DNA of 60,417 nt from an uncultured Pirellulaceae bacterium (GTDB lineage Bacteria > Planctomycetota > Planctomycetia > Pirellulales > Pirellulaceae), in assembly GCA_964620405.1 (NCBI GenBank), contig CAZUJM010000008.1, positions 1 to 60,417 of the forward strand, given 5' to 3'. Position 1 is the first letter of the stretch, and the number at the start of each line of letters is the position of its first letter. Shown here piece after piece: positions 32,346-41,644 of this stretch. Made by a program: the position numbers and the translations under genes. The notes below the pieces were generated by a model. The model ran no database searches. It saw only the letters and a program-made list of their open reading frames with translations, and was not told the DNA's origin.

Positions 32346-34934
32346 TCACGGAATATCGACGCGATGGTAGCGATCGACAGCCGGCTTCTCGAGCGTTTCG
32401 ACGCGACCGGATGGCAGGCGGATCTCCACGCGCTGCACCTCCGTCGCCGAGCCCAAGCCAAAATGCACCTCCGCGGCATGCTGGGCGTGGATCGAATCGC
32501 CCGCCACGACCACGCCGATGCGACGTTTGCCATCTACCTCGGTCAGCACCACCGTCGCGCCCAGCGGTGACTCCTTGCCCGGACGCTCCACCAACTGCAG
32601 ACCGATCCAATGCCCTGCGGCCGGCAGTTCATTGCGATAGACATGCAGCAACTGTCCGTCGCGCCAACGATCCTCGACCACCAGCAGGTCCATGCGTCCA
32701 TCGCGATCCAGGTCGTTGCTGATCACCGCCCGGCCGTCATACTCGTCGCCCACGCCCATGAGGAACCCCAGGTTCACGAACGACTCGCCACCGCGATTCA
32801 CCAGCAACGCGTTCTTCTGGTAACCATCCCAAGACTCCGAGCGATCATAGTAACCCTTCATCGAATCGTTGAAGACCTTCAGCACGTCGCGGTTCGGTTC
32901 GGAGGTACCATCGTAGATGTCGTGACACCAGAAATGCGAACAGTGGTCCTTGGTGGACGCGCCGCTGGAGTGGCCGTTGGCGACGTAAATTTCCGGAAAG
33001 CGATCGTTGTCGACATCCAGCGACGAAGCGCCCCAGGTCCAGCCCGTCCGCGCGACCTCGTCGCGAAACGGCGGCTGCGCGAATGCCGGCGTCTGTCCGG
33101 CTCCCTGGGCCAGGTACATGCGATTCCCGTAGCCCCTCCGCGAACGCATCATGTGGATGTCGGCCCGGTCTCGACGCCCCAGTCGCATGTGCTCCAATCG
33201 CCGCGCCGTCGTCGACGCCATCCCCGTGACAAAAAAGTCCAGCTGCCCATCCACGTTGTAGTCGCTGAACGTGGCCGCCATGCCGAACAGATGGCGCTCG
33301 TCGACACTCGAATCGGTGACGTCGGCGAAGTAGCCCTTGCCGTTGTTGTAGTAGACATCGACGCCCGCGAAGTCGCTGACCACCAGCAGGTCCAGGTCCC
33401 CGTCCTCGTCGAGATCCACGAACGAACCACCGTACGAACGACGGTTGCGTTTCGCCGCCAGCCCCGCTTCCTCCGTGGCCGGTTCAAACCGGCCCGTCCC
33501 GTCGTTCAGCAGCAGCCATGCGGGGAAGCCGTCGTTGGCGTCGTAGTAGGGCGACGGCATCTGGCCGCCGACGTAGGAGATCTTGTACTGCCCGATCCAG
33601 ACGTCGAGGTCCCCATCCTTGTCGATGTCGCCCGCCGCGATCACCTGCGGCTGCTTCAGCGGTCCGCCGCCGCGAGCACGTCCCAGCGGCTCCCGCGAGA
33701 ACCGCCCGCGCTCATCGCCCAAGTACAGCAGCAGGTCGCCCGCTAGCCCCGGCCGCAGGTAGTCCAGCCGACCGTCGCCATTCAAGTCGGCCAGCAGCCC
33801 CGCCTCGAAGCCTCGTTCCCAGTGCGGCGAAAAAGGCTCCTTCTCAAACCGCATCTGCCCGCGGTTCCAGAAGATCTCGTTGCTGCCCACGACCAAGATC
33901 TCGGGCAGTCCATCGCCATCCAGGTCCTCCACATGCACGGGCTGCGCGCCGGAACGCGCGTCGGCCTGCGCGTGGTCGACCGTCAGCACCTCGCGAAACG
34001 CCACCTCCCCCTCGCGCTCATACGCCACCAACCGCGTGGCATCCACGCGTTCCGGCACGGGCAGGCCGTCGGCGTCGCGTTCCGACCGCCAGTCCACCTG
34101 GATCTCGCCCGTCACCACCCAGCGCAACGGCTTCTTCTCGTGCGTCCCGTACAGTGACAGATTGATGGCCGACCTGGCACGGCCATCCGGCTGCGGATCG
34201 AACCGCGCATGATGCCACTCCGTCTGCACGATGCGGAATCCCCGGTCGCGCAGCGAAGCCAGCAGCGTGGCCCAGCCCGCGTCGTCCAACTCCCGCGGCT
34301 GCTCGCCCAAAACGGCCTTCCGCGCGTTCCAGACCACCGACTGCCAGTCTCCCGGCTCGCCCACGCGCAGCGTTCCCAGCGGCTGCGCGGCCAGCACCGC
34401 AAACGGATCGCCGCCCTTGCGCACGTCGTTCTGGATCAACCGATCCCACAACCTCACCAGCGCGCTTTCGTATTCTTGCGCCAGCCGTTCATTCTTCCAG
34501 ACCGTCTCGTCACGCTGGCGGCGCAACTCCGAGAGACTCACCGGACGCGAGAAATCCAGGTTGTCGGGCAACTCCGCCGGATCCGCATCGGCAGCTTCCG
34601 CCGGATGGCCCTTGGCACCCACTGCGGCGCCTTGATTCGCGGCGTCTTGATTCGCAGCCTGTTCCGTCGCCGCGGCTTCGACCGTGTTCTCCGGCGACGC
34701 CGCAATGGGCGCACTCACGGCCGAATCCGAGGGACCAGGAGCAGCTGCGGTCGTCGGGGCGCCTGGCGGCGCAGCAGCCGGCGACTCACCAGGCGATTCC
34801 GCAGTCCGCTGACATCCGGCCAGCCCCAAGCAGACGCCCAGCCACACGCCCCGCCACACGCTTCGCGCCGAGACTCCCGAACCACCGCGCACCGTTCCCG
34901 CAGAACCCATTTCGCTTCTCCCCGGATCCCTCAC
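32346..34934 (-). CDS. FG-GAP-repeat + ASPIC/UnbV (CRTAC1-like) lipoprotein
   Basis: The lipobox reads ..GVCLGLAGCQ. FG-GAP motifs are present (VEDLDGDGLPEILV, LADLNGDGRLDYL, AGDIDKDGDLDVWI, FVDLDEDGDLDLLV, FSDYNVDGQLDFFV, SLDVDNDRFPEIYV, SNDLDRDGRMDLLV). The ASPIC-type C-terminus is HWIGLQLVERPGKESPLGATVVL....VHFGLGSATEVQRVEIRLPSG. Confidence 0.85.
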   Translation of the reverse strand: MRDPGRSEMGSAGTVRGGSGVSARSVWRGVWLGVCLGLAGCQRTAESPGESPAAAPPGAPTTAAAPGPSDSAVSAPIAASPENTVEAAATEQAANQDAANQGAAVGAKGHPAEAADADPAELPDNLDFSRPVSLSELRRQRDETVWKNERLAQEYESALVRLWDRLIQNDVRKGGDPFAVLAAQPLGTLRVGEPGDWQSVVWNARKAVLGEQPRELDDAGWATLLASLRDRGFRIVQTEWHHARFDPQPDGRARSAINLSLYGTHEKKPLRWVVTGEIQVDWRSERDADGLPVPERVDATRLVAYEREGEVAFREVLTVDHAQADARSGAQPVHVEDLDGDGLPEILVVGSNEIFWNRGQMRFEKEPFSPHWERGFEAGLLADLNGDGRLDYLRPGLAGDLLLYLGDERGRFSREPLGRARGGGPLKQPQVIAAGDIDKDGDLDVWIGQYKISYVGGQMPSPYYDANDGFPAWLLLNDGTGRFEPATEEAGLAAKRNRRSYGGSFVDLDEDGDLDLLVVSDFAGVDVYYNNGKGYFADVTDSSVDERHLFGMAATFSDYNVDGQLDFFVTGMASTTARRLEHMRLGRRDRADIHMMRSRRGYGNRMYLAQGAGQTPAFAQPPFRDEVARTGWTWGASSLDVDNDRFPEIYVANGHSSGASTKDHCSHFWCHDIYDGTSEPNRDVLKVFNDSMKGYYDRSESWDGYQKNALLVNRGGESFVNLGFLMGVGDEYDGRAVISNDLDRDGRMDLLVVEDRWRDGQLLHVYRNELPAAGHWIGLQLVERPGKESPLGATVVLTEVDGKRRIGVVVAGDSIHAQHAAEVHFGLGSATEVQRVEIRLPSGRVETLEKPAVDRYHRVDIP

Positions 34935-35075
34935 GACCGCAAGCTCCGGAGTCTACCACACGCGCCAAGCGACTCAAAACGATGCCCTTCGGCGACTGAC
35001 CCGAAGTGCGCAACCGGCCCCATGAACTTCGCTTCCCCTGTTGGGCGTTGCCGGCCGCGGGGGACGCGGACCTCG

Positions 35076-36470
35076 TCACGGACCCGAGCGATGCAGCAGC
35101 AGTTGGTCTTCGGTCTGGGTGAAGACAAGCACCCGGCCGGTAGGCTCCAACGCCAAGCCCTGCATGCGTCCTGCGAGGGGCGACTGCCGCCAGGTGGTGC
35201 CCTGTCCCGAGACGGCCCGCGTCGACTCCCGCAGGCCGATGCCGAAATGCAGGTCGCCGTTGGCCGCACGCTGCGGATTCGAAACATGCACCTGCGGCGC
35301 GGGATCGCGCGCCGTCTCGACATGATCCACCACCCAGCGATGCCAAGCCCCCGGCTTGCCGCGCACATACTCCACCCGCATCGGCGGTCCCGGCAGCCGA
35401 TAGCCGGCCGCGTAAACGATATGCACCTCCGGGCCCTCCAGCATCAGCCCCACCGACTTGATCATCGGCTCCTTGTCCGATTCATCGCGGCCGATCCGCG
35501 GCACCACCAGTTCCGGCGCCGACCATTGACCGTTCTCCCAGGTCGCATACGTCAGGCTCGCGCTGGGATACCCCGGTTCCGCATTGCCATCGCGCAACGC
35601 GAGGGTCGTGGAATACGCGACATGCACGCGATCCTGTCCGTCGACACAAACGTTCGACTCGCCACTGTCGGTCTTTCCCGGCGGTGAAGGCAGCGGCTGG
35701 ATGGGGAAGTCCTTGCCGGCAACGGTCCGATGCCGCGCACGATGGACAACTCCATACGCGTTATGCACGTATGCGGTCAGATGGAAACGCTGGCGACTGG
35801 AGATCGCCAGGTGGGGCGCATCGATCGACGCGCCGCCTCCGGAGTTGACCTGCTGGCGCACCGTGCGAATCTGCCAGCGTCCGGTCGCGGTGCCGCGCCA
35901 GGCCCAGCGTTCCTCGAACGCGAATCGCTCCCCGGCATGGTTGGAGGAAAACCAATACACGTGCGGGCGACCGTCCGGAGCCAACGCCAGCGCGTAACTC
36001 TGGATCCCCGACCCCGCCGCCGTACCGTGCCGCATGATGGCAATCGTTTCGCGACGCCACGCGCCCGGAGTCCCTTGCAGGTGCACCAGCCGATCCTGCT
36101 CCGCGTTCCTCTCCAAGTACACCAGATGCACCTGGCCATTCGCCGCGACCGCCATTCGACTCGAGTTGGTAATCGCCGCCATCCGCTGCACGCCCGACGC
36201 AATCACCTCCGTCTGCCACTGGGGCCCTGCCGTGTTCCCAGGCGCAGTGTTGCTCGCGACTTGATTGCTTGCGCCTGGGCTGCCTGGTTCTGGGTTTTCT
36301 GCGTCTGCGTTTACTGCGGCTGGGCCCACCGCGTCTCCGCCCGATGCGACGGCCGTGACCAGCGAAGCCATCATCGAGCAGGCGAGCAGCAGGAACCACG
36401 CCGCGCGTACCTGTACCCGCTTGCCGCCGACGCGGAACTCGTCAAGACTAGGCGGGGCGATACGACTCAT
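35076..36470 (-). CDS. secreted hypothetical protein with a roughly 7-fold internal repeat (beta-propeller-like)
   Basis: An N-terminal hydrophobic anchor or signal is present (AAWFLLLACSMMASLVTAVASG). A motif recurs about every 45-60 aa: QVHLVYLE, RPHVYWFS, RFHLTAYV, RVHVAYST, EVHIVYAA, QVHVSNP, DLHFGIG. Confidence 0.6.
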   Translation of the reverse strand: MSRIAPPSLDEFRVGGKRVQVRAAWFLLLACSMMASLVTAVASGGDAVGPAAVNADAENPEPGSPGASNQVASNTAPGNTAGPQWQTEVIASGVQRMAAITNSSRMAVAANGQVHLVYLERNAEQDRLVHLQGTPGAWRRETIAIMRHGTAAGSGIQSYALALAPDGRPHVYWFSSNHAGERFAFEERWAWRGTATGRWQIRTVRQQVNSGGGASIDAPHLAISSRQRFHLTAYVHNAYGVVHRARHRTVAGKDFPIQPLPSPPGKTDSGESNVCVDGQDRVHVAYSTTLALRDGNAEPGYPSASLTYATWENGQWSAPELVVPRIGRDESDKEPMIKSVGLMLEGPEVHIVYAAGYRLPGPPMRVEYVRGKPGAWHRWVVDHVETARDPAPQVHVSNPQRAANGDLHFGIGLRESTRAVSGQGTTWRQSPLAGRMQGLALEPTGRVLVFTQTEDQLLLHRSGP

Positions 36471-36622
36471 GGTAGACGCAGGTTCTTGGCGGAGGCATCC
36501 GAAAAGTGTGTGGTCGCCCGGGTTCCGACCGCAGGCATCCGGAAAGATGGTGGCAACGGTCCCAAACAGCCCCGAGTTCGACTCCTGATTCTAACTGTTT
36601 AGAAACGCATGGGTGGCATGGC

Positions 36623-38857
36623 ATGGAGCGAAATCGGCCTCTGACTTGGCCCGAGGCACGGGACGTTCTCCGCCGCCTGGCCGCCCAGGGGCCTTGCCTG
36701 CTGGACCGAGCGGAAGAGTTGCCGGTCATCGCCGCGCGGGGACGAGTGCTGGAAGCCGTCGTGCTGGAGGAGGTCGCCCATCTGGTGGTGCGGGAGTCGC
36801 AGGGCCGGAGCCTCTGGCGAATGAACCTGGTCGATGGCGAGGCCGTCCCGGAGGCGATCGACGACTATCTGGTCGCCCAGGAACGTCTCACCGCCTACCA
36901 TAGGCCCGGCGCGGGCGATGCGAGCGAAACGACGACCGAGGAGCGGCCGATCGACTTTCGTCCGTGCTTCGTCGGCTTCCCGCGGCGCGACGGACCACCT
37001 CCCTCGCTCGAAGGTCCCTGGCCCGCTGCGTTCGATTCGCTGCTGGCCTCCACTTTTTCCCCTGGCGAACTCCACTTGCTCGCTGCGCCCCTGCGGCGTG
37101 TGATCACCGCGCGTGGGTTTGCCGTCGCATCCCGCGCGAACGGATGGCTTCAACAGCTCGAAGCGGACAACGACCGCCGTGCCCTCGCCGAACTGCTGAC
37201 CAGACAACCGTTGGTCCGCGTCATCGCCATGGTGTCGGTCCACGGCTGGTTCTCGCAGCACGGAGTGCTCGGCAAACCCGATACGGGAGGCCAGGTCACG
37301 TACGTGCTGGAACAGGCCCGTTGCCTGGAACAGGCGCTCCGCGCGCAGCACGCGGCGGCAGGGCTCACGGACACGCCGCGCGTCGTCATCCTCACGCGCC
37401 TTCTTCCGGACGCCGAAGGCACGGGCTGCGATCAACCGCTGGAAAAGATCGACGACACCATCGACAGCTGGATCGTGCGCGTCCCGTTTCGCCATGCGGA
37501 CGGATCGATCGTGCGGAAGTGGCTCAGCCGGTTCGCGATCATCCCGTACCTTGAAGCGTTCGCGGCCGAGGCTGCGGAAGTGGTCGAACAGTTCCTGGGA
37601 CAGATCCCGGAGGTCGTCGTCGGTCACTATACCGATGGCAATCTGGTCGCCAGGGAACTTCAGCGCCGCTGGCACAACCTGCACGCCGCGTGCGTGCACC
37701 TGCTGGAACGCACCAAGCATCGACCGCGCGCGCTGCTGGGACCGTCAATCTCTCGTGGCGTCCAGCCAGATCGTGAATTACCAGAAGGTAGTGTGGCCGA
37801 CGAATGCCTTTCGCCCATCGCGCGCGAGTCGCTACTGCAGCAGTCCCTGGCCGACGTCTGGGGTTACAACTCGGCGGATTTCATTCTTTCCAGCACGCGA
37901 CGTGAAGTTCAATTCGACGGTTCCCCTGTGTCGCCGGCAGCGCCCGGCATGCTCGAAACCTACGAGTGGTTCACGATTCCCGGACAGTTCCGTATCTTGG
38001 GTGGCATCGATCCCCGGTTGGCCCGACACTACGTCGTGCCGCCCGGCGTCGACGAAAGCTGTTTCCATGTCGGGTCGCAACCAGCCGCCGTTGATCGAAC
38101 CGAAGGGCAGGCTGCGGATCCGGTTGAAGCGTGCCTGCGGTCGCATGGCATCGCGGAGGAGGCTCCGCGTCTTGCGTCGCCGGGCCGGCCGTGGATTTTC
38201 GCAATCGCCCGCATCGATCCGGCCAAGAATATCTCGGGGCTGGTCGATGCCTATGGGCGCAGCGAACCGTTGAGACGACGGGCCAACCTGCTGATCATTT
38301 CGTCCACCAACGACTGGAGGACGACGGACGACGAAGCGGAGCGTTTGGAAGCGCGACGGATCGAAGCGTTAATCCAGGCGCACCGGTTGGAGGGCCAGGT
38401 GAGGTGGCTGGCCGCGCGAGTGCCCCGCGCGGCCACGGGTGACCTCTTTCGCGCGGTCGCCCGGTCGGGCGGCGTCTTCGCGCAGCCGGCGCGATTCGAA
38501 ACCTTCGGGCTGACCGTGCTCGAAGCGATGGCTTGCGGACTGCCGGTAGCCGCCACCTGCCACGGCGGCCCCGTGGAGATTCTCCGTGAAGGACGAGATG
38601 GGGAACTAGCCGACCCCGACGATGCGGAGGCGTTCGCCGCGGCGATCCTGCGACTGCTGGAATCGCCGGATCGCTGGCGTGCGTGCGCGGAGGCCGGACC
38701 GCGCCGCGTGGCGGAGGCCTACGCGTGGCCCCAGCATGGGCGTTCGTTCCTCGCGCTCGCCGGCCTGCATGCCCTGCTGCGCGAAGCCCATCCCGAACGC
38801 CGCGCTCTCCTCGCACAGCTGGCTCCGCCATTCCCTCGCTTTCCACGCCCCGAGTGA
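36623..38857 (+). CDS. sucrose synthase-like GT-B glycosyltransferase (GT4)
   Basis: The segment VSVHGWFSQHGVLGKPDTGGQVTYVLEQARCLEQAL matches the sucrose synthase/SPS signature G.PDTGGQV.Y. The segments ..VVGHYTDGNLVA.., ..LERTKH.. and FAQPARFETFGLTVLEAMACGLP (the GT4 E-x7-E region) also fit. ATG 36623 was chosen. Confidence 0.7.
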   Translation: MERNRPLTWPEARDVLRRLAAQGPCLLDRAEELPVIAARGRVLEAVVLEEVAHLVVRESQGRSLWRMNLVDGEAVPEAIDDYLVAQERLTAYHRPGAGDASETTTEERPIDFRPCFVGFPRRDGPPPSLEGPWPAAFDSLLASTFSPGELHLLAAPLRRVITARGFAVASRANGWLQQLEADNDRRALAELLTRQPLVRVIAMVSVHGWFSQHGVLGKPDTGGQVTYVLEQARCLEQALRAQHAAAGLTDTPRVVILTRLLPDAEGTGCDQPLEKIDDTIDSWIVRVPFRHADGSIVRKWLSRFAIIPYLEAFAAEAAEVVEQFLGQIPEVVVGHYTDGNLVARELQRRWHNLHAACVHLLERTKHRPRALLGPSISRGVQPDRELPEGSVADECLSPIARESLLQQSLADVWGYNSADFILSSTRREVQFDGSPVSPAAPGMLETYEWFTIPGQFRILGGIDPRLARHYVVPPGVDESCFHVGSQPAAVDRTEGQAADPVEACLRSHGIAEEAPRLASPGRPWIFAIARIDPAKNISGLVDAYGRSEPLRRRANLLIISSTNDWRTTDDEAERLEARRIEALIQAHRLEGQVRWLAARVPRAATGDLFRAVARSGGVFAQPARFETFGLTVLEAMACGLPVAATCHGGPVEILREGRDGELADPDDAEAFAAAILRLLESPDRWRACAEAGPRRVAEAYAWPQHGRSFLALAGLHALLREAHPERRALLAQLAPPFPRFPRPE

Positions 38858-38924
38858 CCGCGTCTTCAGTGACCGCACCGCGTCACCCGCGCGTCGAGGA
38901 ACGATCGCGCGCGACAGGAGCCCC

Positions 38925-39929
38925 TCATCGGCCGTCTTCGTTAAGCCACTCCAGCAGTCGCCAGTCCATCCAGTACCAGTCGGCGTCGGAGTGGGGCGTA
39001 GAGCGTTCGGCGAGGTAGCCCAGGTGGCCGCCGCCCTGCGTGGCGTAGCATTCGGTCACCGAGGAAAACCGGGCCCGCTCGTAGGCTTCGACGGCCACGA
39101 CCGGATCGTCGCACGCGACGAGCACCCGCGTCGGCACTTCAATGCGTTCCAGCAGCGGCAGGCTACTGCAGCTCGTGTAGTACTCCTCGACACTCGCGAA
39201 TCCCCCGAGCGGCGCGGTCAGCTGGGCGTCGAACTCATAGAGCGACCGGGGAGCCTGTTGCACGGGTCGGTCAAGCAGGCCTGTGCAGCGTCGACGACGC
39301 TCCTGCCAGTATCGCCACAACTGTCGGGCGAAATAACGGTCGTACCAGCGTCGTACGCCCTGGCCCAACTGTCGGCAGCCTGTCAGCAGATCCAGCGGCG
39401 CGGCGACGGCGATCGCCCGCTGCACTTTCCGTGGCCCCTCGCCCGCCAATTCGCCCAGCATCCGCAGTACGATTGAACCACCCAGCGAAAAACCGACGAC
39501 CGAGCGGGGAGAACCGGGACAGAGATCCTCCAGGTACCGCAACACGGCCAGCAGGTCCCCGGTGCGACCGGCGTGCATGGAGTGACGAGCGAGTGTCAGT
39601 CCCGCGCCGAAGCCACGCGGATCGACGCGAAAGACACGCGTGCCGCCAGCGCACAGTTTATTCGCGAGCCGGACCAGGTAGGCACTCGCGTGGCATCCGG
39701 TGAGTCCCGGAACAAGCAGCGCGACCTGGCCGCCCCCACTCCACGAGGCCGGTCGGTCTTCGTGGACCACCAGCGTGTCGCCGTCCTCCAGGCCGACCCG
39801 GTGCGGCTGCGCGGCATACGCGGAACTCCGCCAGCGAGACGCCGCCGCCACCGTCTGCCAGTGACCGGATCGCAGCCAGCGATGCGGACGAAAATCAGGC
39901 TCCAGCGTTTTCCACTCCCTGCGACCCAC
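38925..39929 (-). CDS. alpha/beta hydrolase (YheT/ABHD-type)
   Basis: The segments ..RSGHWQTV..L.DGD.L......, LLVPGLTGCHASAYL and the nucleophile elbow VVGFSLGGSI fit this family. The C-terminus ..GGHLGY also fits. Confidence 0.8.
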   Translation of the reverse strand: MGRREWKTLEPDFRPHRWLRSGHWQTVAAASRWRSSAYAAQPHRVGLEDGDTLVVHEDRPASWSGGGQVALLVPGLTGCHASAYLVRLANKLCAGGTRVFRVDPRGFGAGLTLARHSMHAGRTGDLLAVLRYLEDLCPGSPRSVVGFSLGGSIVLRMLGELAGEGPRKVQRAIAVAAPLDLLTGCRQLGQGVRRWYDRYFARQLWRYWQERRRRCTGLLDRPVQQAPRSLYEFDAQLTAPLGGFASVEEYYTSCSSLPLLERIEVPTRVLVACDDPVVAVEAYERARFSSVTECYATQGGGHLGYLAERSTPHSDADWYWMDWRLLEWLNEDGR

Positions 39930-40147
39930 GCCCGCCTCGCTCTCTTCCTGAACACCCGGCCTGCACGACCGGGCACGTCTCGACCATGCGCCGCTCCTGA
40001 CAACGCGGGTTCATTGTAGACGGTAATCGCGCGCAGGCAGAGGCCCGGAAAATACGCGATCGGATAGAGGGCGGCTCGCGAAGCCCAGTCAGCATCCGCC
40101 GGACGGGGCGGCTGCATCGCGCCGCGCAAGGTCCAGTAGGGGAAGAC

Positions 40148-40771
40148 CTAGATTCCCACGGCGACCGCATCCGACTGCGGATCGCCGCTCAATTGTCGCA
40201 CCCGCGCGGCAAGACGCTTGCGCGCGAAGTGCAGCTGACGCTTGACCGTGCCTTCCGGCCGCTGGCTCGCAGCGCTGATCTCCAAGATCGACTCGCCGCG
40301 CACATAATGGGCCTCCAGAACCTGGCGGTCCGTCTCCTTCAGCTCGGCCAGCCCGCTGCGCACCATCGCGGCCCGCTCACGCGCCTCGCAGACCTGCGCC
40401 GGCGAACTGTCGCGACCGCAGGTCGCGGCCAGCGACACCGGATCGGCCGACTGCACCCAGCCCAGTCGCTTCGCGCGGTTGAGGGACAGATTGCCGACGA
40501 TCCGCGACAGCCAGCTGACGAAACATTCCGGCTGACGCAGATGCGGCAACTTGCGGAAGACCTGCAGGAACACGTCCTGGCAGATCTCCTGCGCCTCATG
40601 CTCGTCCCGCACGACGGATCGCGCGGACGACAGGACGAACGACGCGAACCGATGGTACAGTTCGCCCTGGGCGGACCGATCCCCCTGCTGCGCCGCCTTG
40701 ACCAGCTGCGCCAGCGCAGCCCGCTCGGCCTGCACCTGCTGGTCCTCTCCACTCAATAATTCCGTAGCCAT
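40148..40771 (-). CDS. RNA polymerase ECF-type sigma-70 factor
   Basis: Region 2 (QEICQDVFLQVFRKLPHLRQPECFVSWLSRIVGNLSLNRAKR) and region 4 (DRQVLEAHYVRGESILEISAASQRPEGTVKRQLHFARKRL) are both recognisable. ATG 40771 follows a GAGGAG site. Confidence 0.85.
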   Translation of the reverse strand: MATELLSGEDQQVQAERAALAQLVKAAQQGDRSAQGELYHRFASFVLSSARSVVRDEHEAQEICQDVFLQVFRKLPHLRQPECFVSWLSRIVGNLSLNRAKRLGWVQSADPVSLAATCGRDSSPAQVCEARERAAMVRSGLAELKETDRQVLEAHYVRGESILEISAASQRPEGTVKRQLHFARKRLAARVRQLSGDPQSDAVAVGI

Positions 40772-40930
40772 AAACCTCGTTACTCCTCTTGAGTCCGCGC
40801 ACGGACGGACCTGTGTCAAACACCCTGGGGAACTCGCGCGAGATGACGGCAGCGCAACGCAGCCGCACCTCGATCGGCTCGGGCGAACGACGGTTTCCGG
40901 ATCGTTCAGTCAGGATCCCCGTGGGGACCT

Positions 40931-41254
40931 TTAACTGGACAGTCTTTTTCCGGAAACGCACCGCGACCTGCCCGCGCCGCTCCGACGCGGGGACGCGTCG
41001 GGGCCGCTCATTGGCTGGTCCATCCGCCAGTTGCCTTGCGTTCGCATGGACTTGCCTGGCGTGACGGGTACCGGCACCAGTTCGTTCCGCTTGAAGGCGG
41101 GTCCGAGCCAACGTGCCAGGTCGGGTAGTAGCGCTGTCAGAGAGTCCAGTAGCGACTGGCTTTGACTCGCCCCACCGCCCAGCACGATGGACGGGCTTTT
41201 CCGGCAGATCATGCGGAAACTTCCAGCAATCGTGTGGAGAATGTGACGACTCAT
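40931..41254 (-). CDS. hypothetical small protein (108 aa), weak call
   Basis: ATG 41254 follows an AGGAG site at good spacing. The product (MSRHILHTIAGSFRMICRKSPSIVLGGGASQS..) has no motif I recognise. It may be a gene remnant. Confidence 0.3.
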   Translation of the reverse strand: MSRHILHTIAGSFRMICRKSPSIVLGGGASQSQSLLDSLTALLPDLARWLGPAFKRNELVPVPVTPGKSMRTQGNWRMDQPMSGPDASPRRSGAGRSRCVSGKRLSS

Positions 41255-41644
41255 GGCCCTGCTCCTGGCGCCCAGCGCTCTGAGAGGAGTAAAAGAAATA
41301 AAACACCTGCGGACCGGACACTCAAGGACGCCCCAACCCGCAGGTTGGAACCAGAATATCACGGCCCTGTATGAACTGCAAACCAGACGCGAAAACCACC
41401 ATGGCTTGGCAAGTTTTCGCCGCCAGCCGGCCGCTTACGGAGCTACCACCCCGCTTGCGAAGCTAAAGACGCGGGATCGGAACGAAGGTTCGGGGCTCTG
41501 AAAAAATTTTTTAGGGAGTCGTCCGAAGGGCTGGAACAACACCTCCCATACCACGCAGGATCGCCATCTACCCAGAAAGGCCACCTACGGGATGGCCGCT
41601 GCCCTGGGGAAGCACGGCGCCGCCGGCAGCAGGTTCACGTTGGT

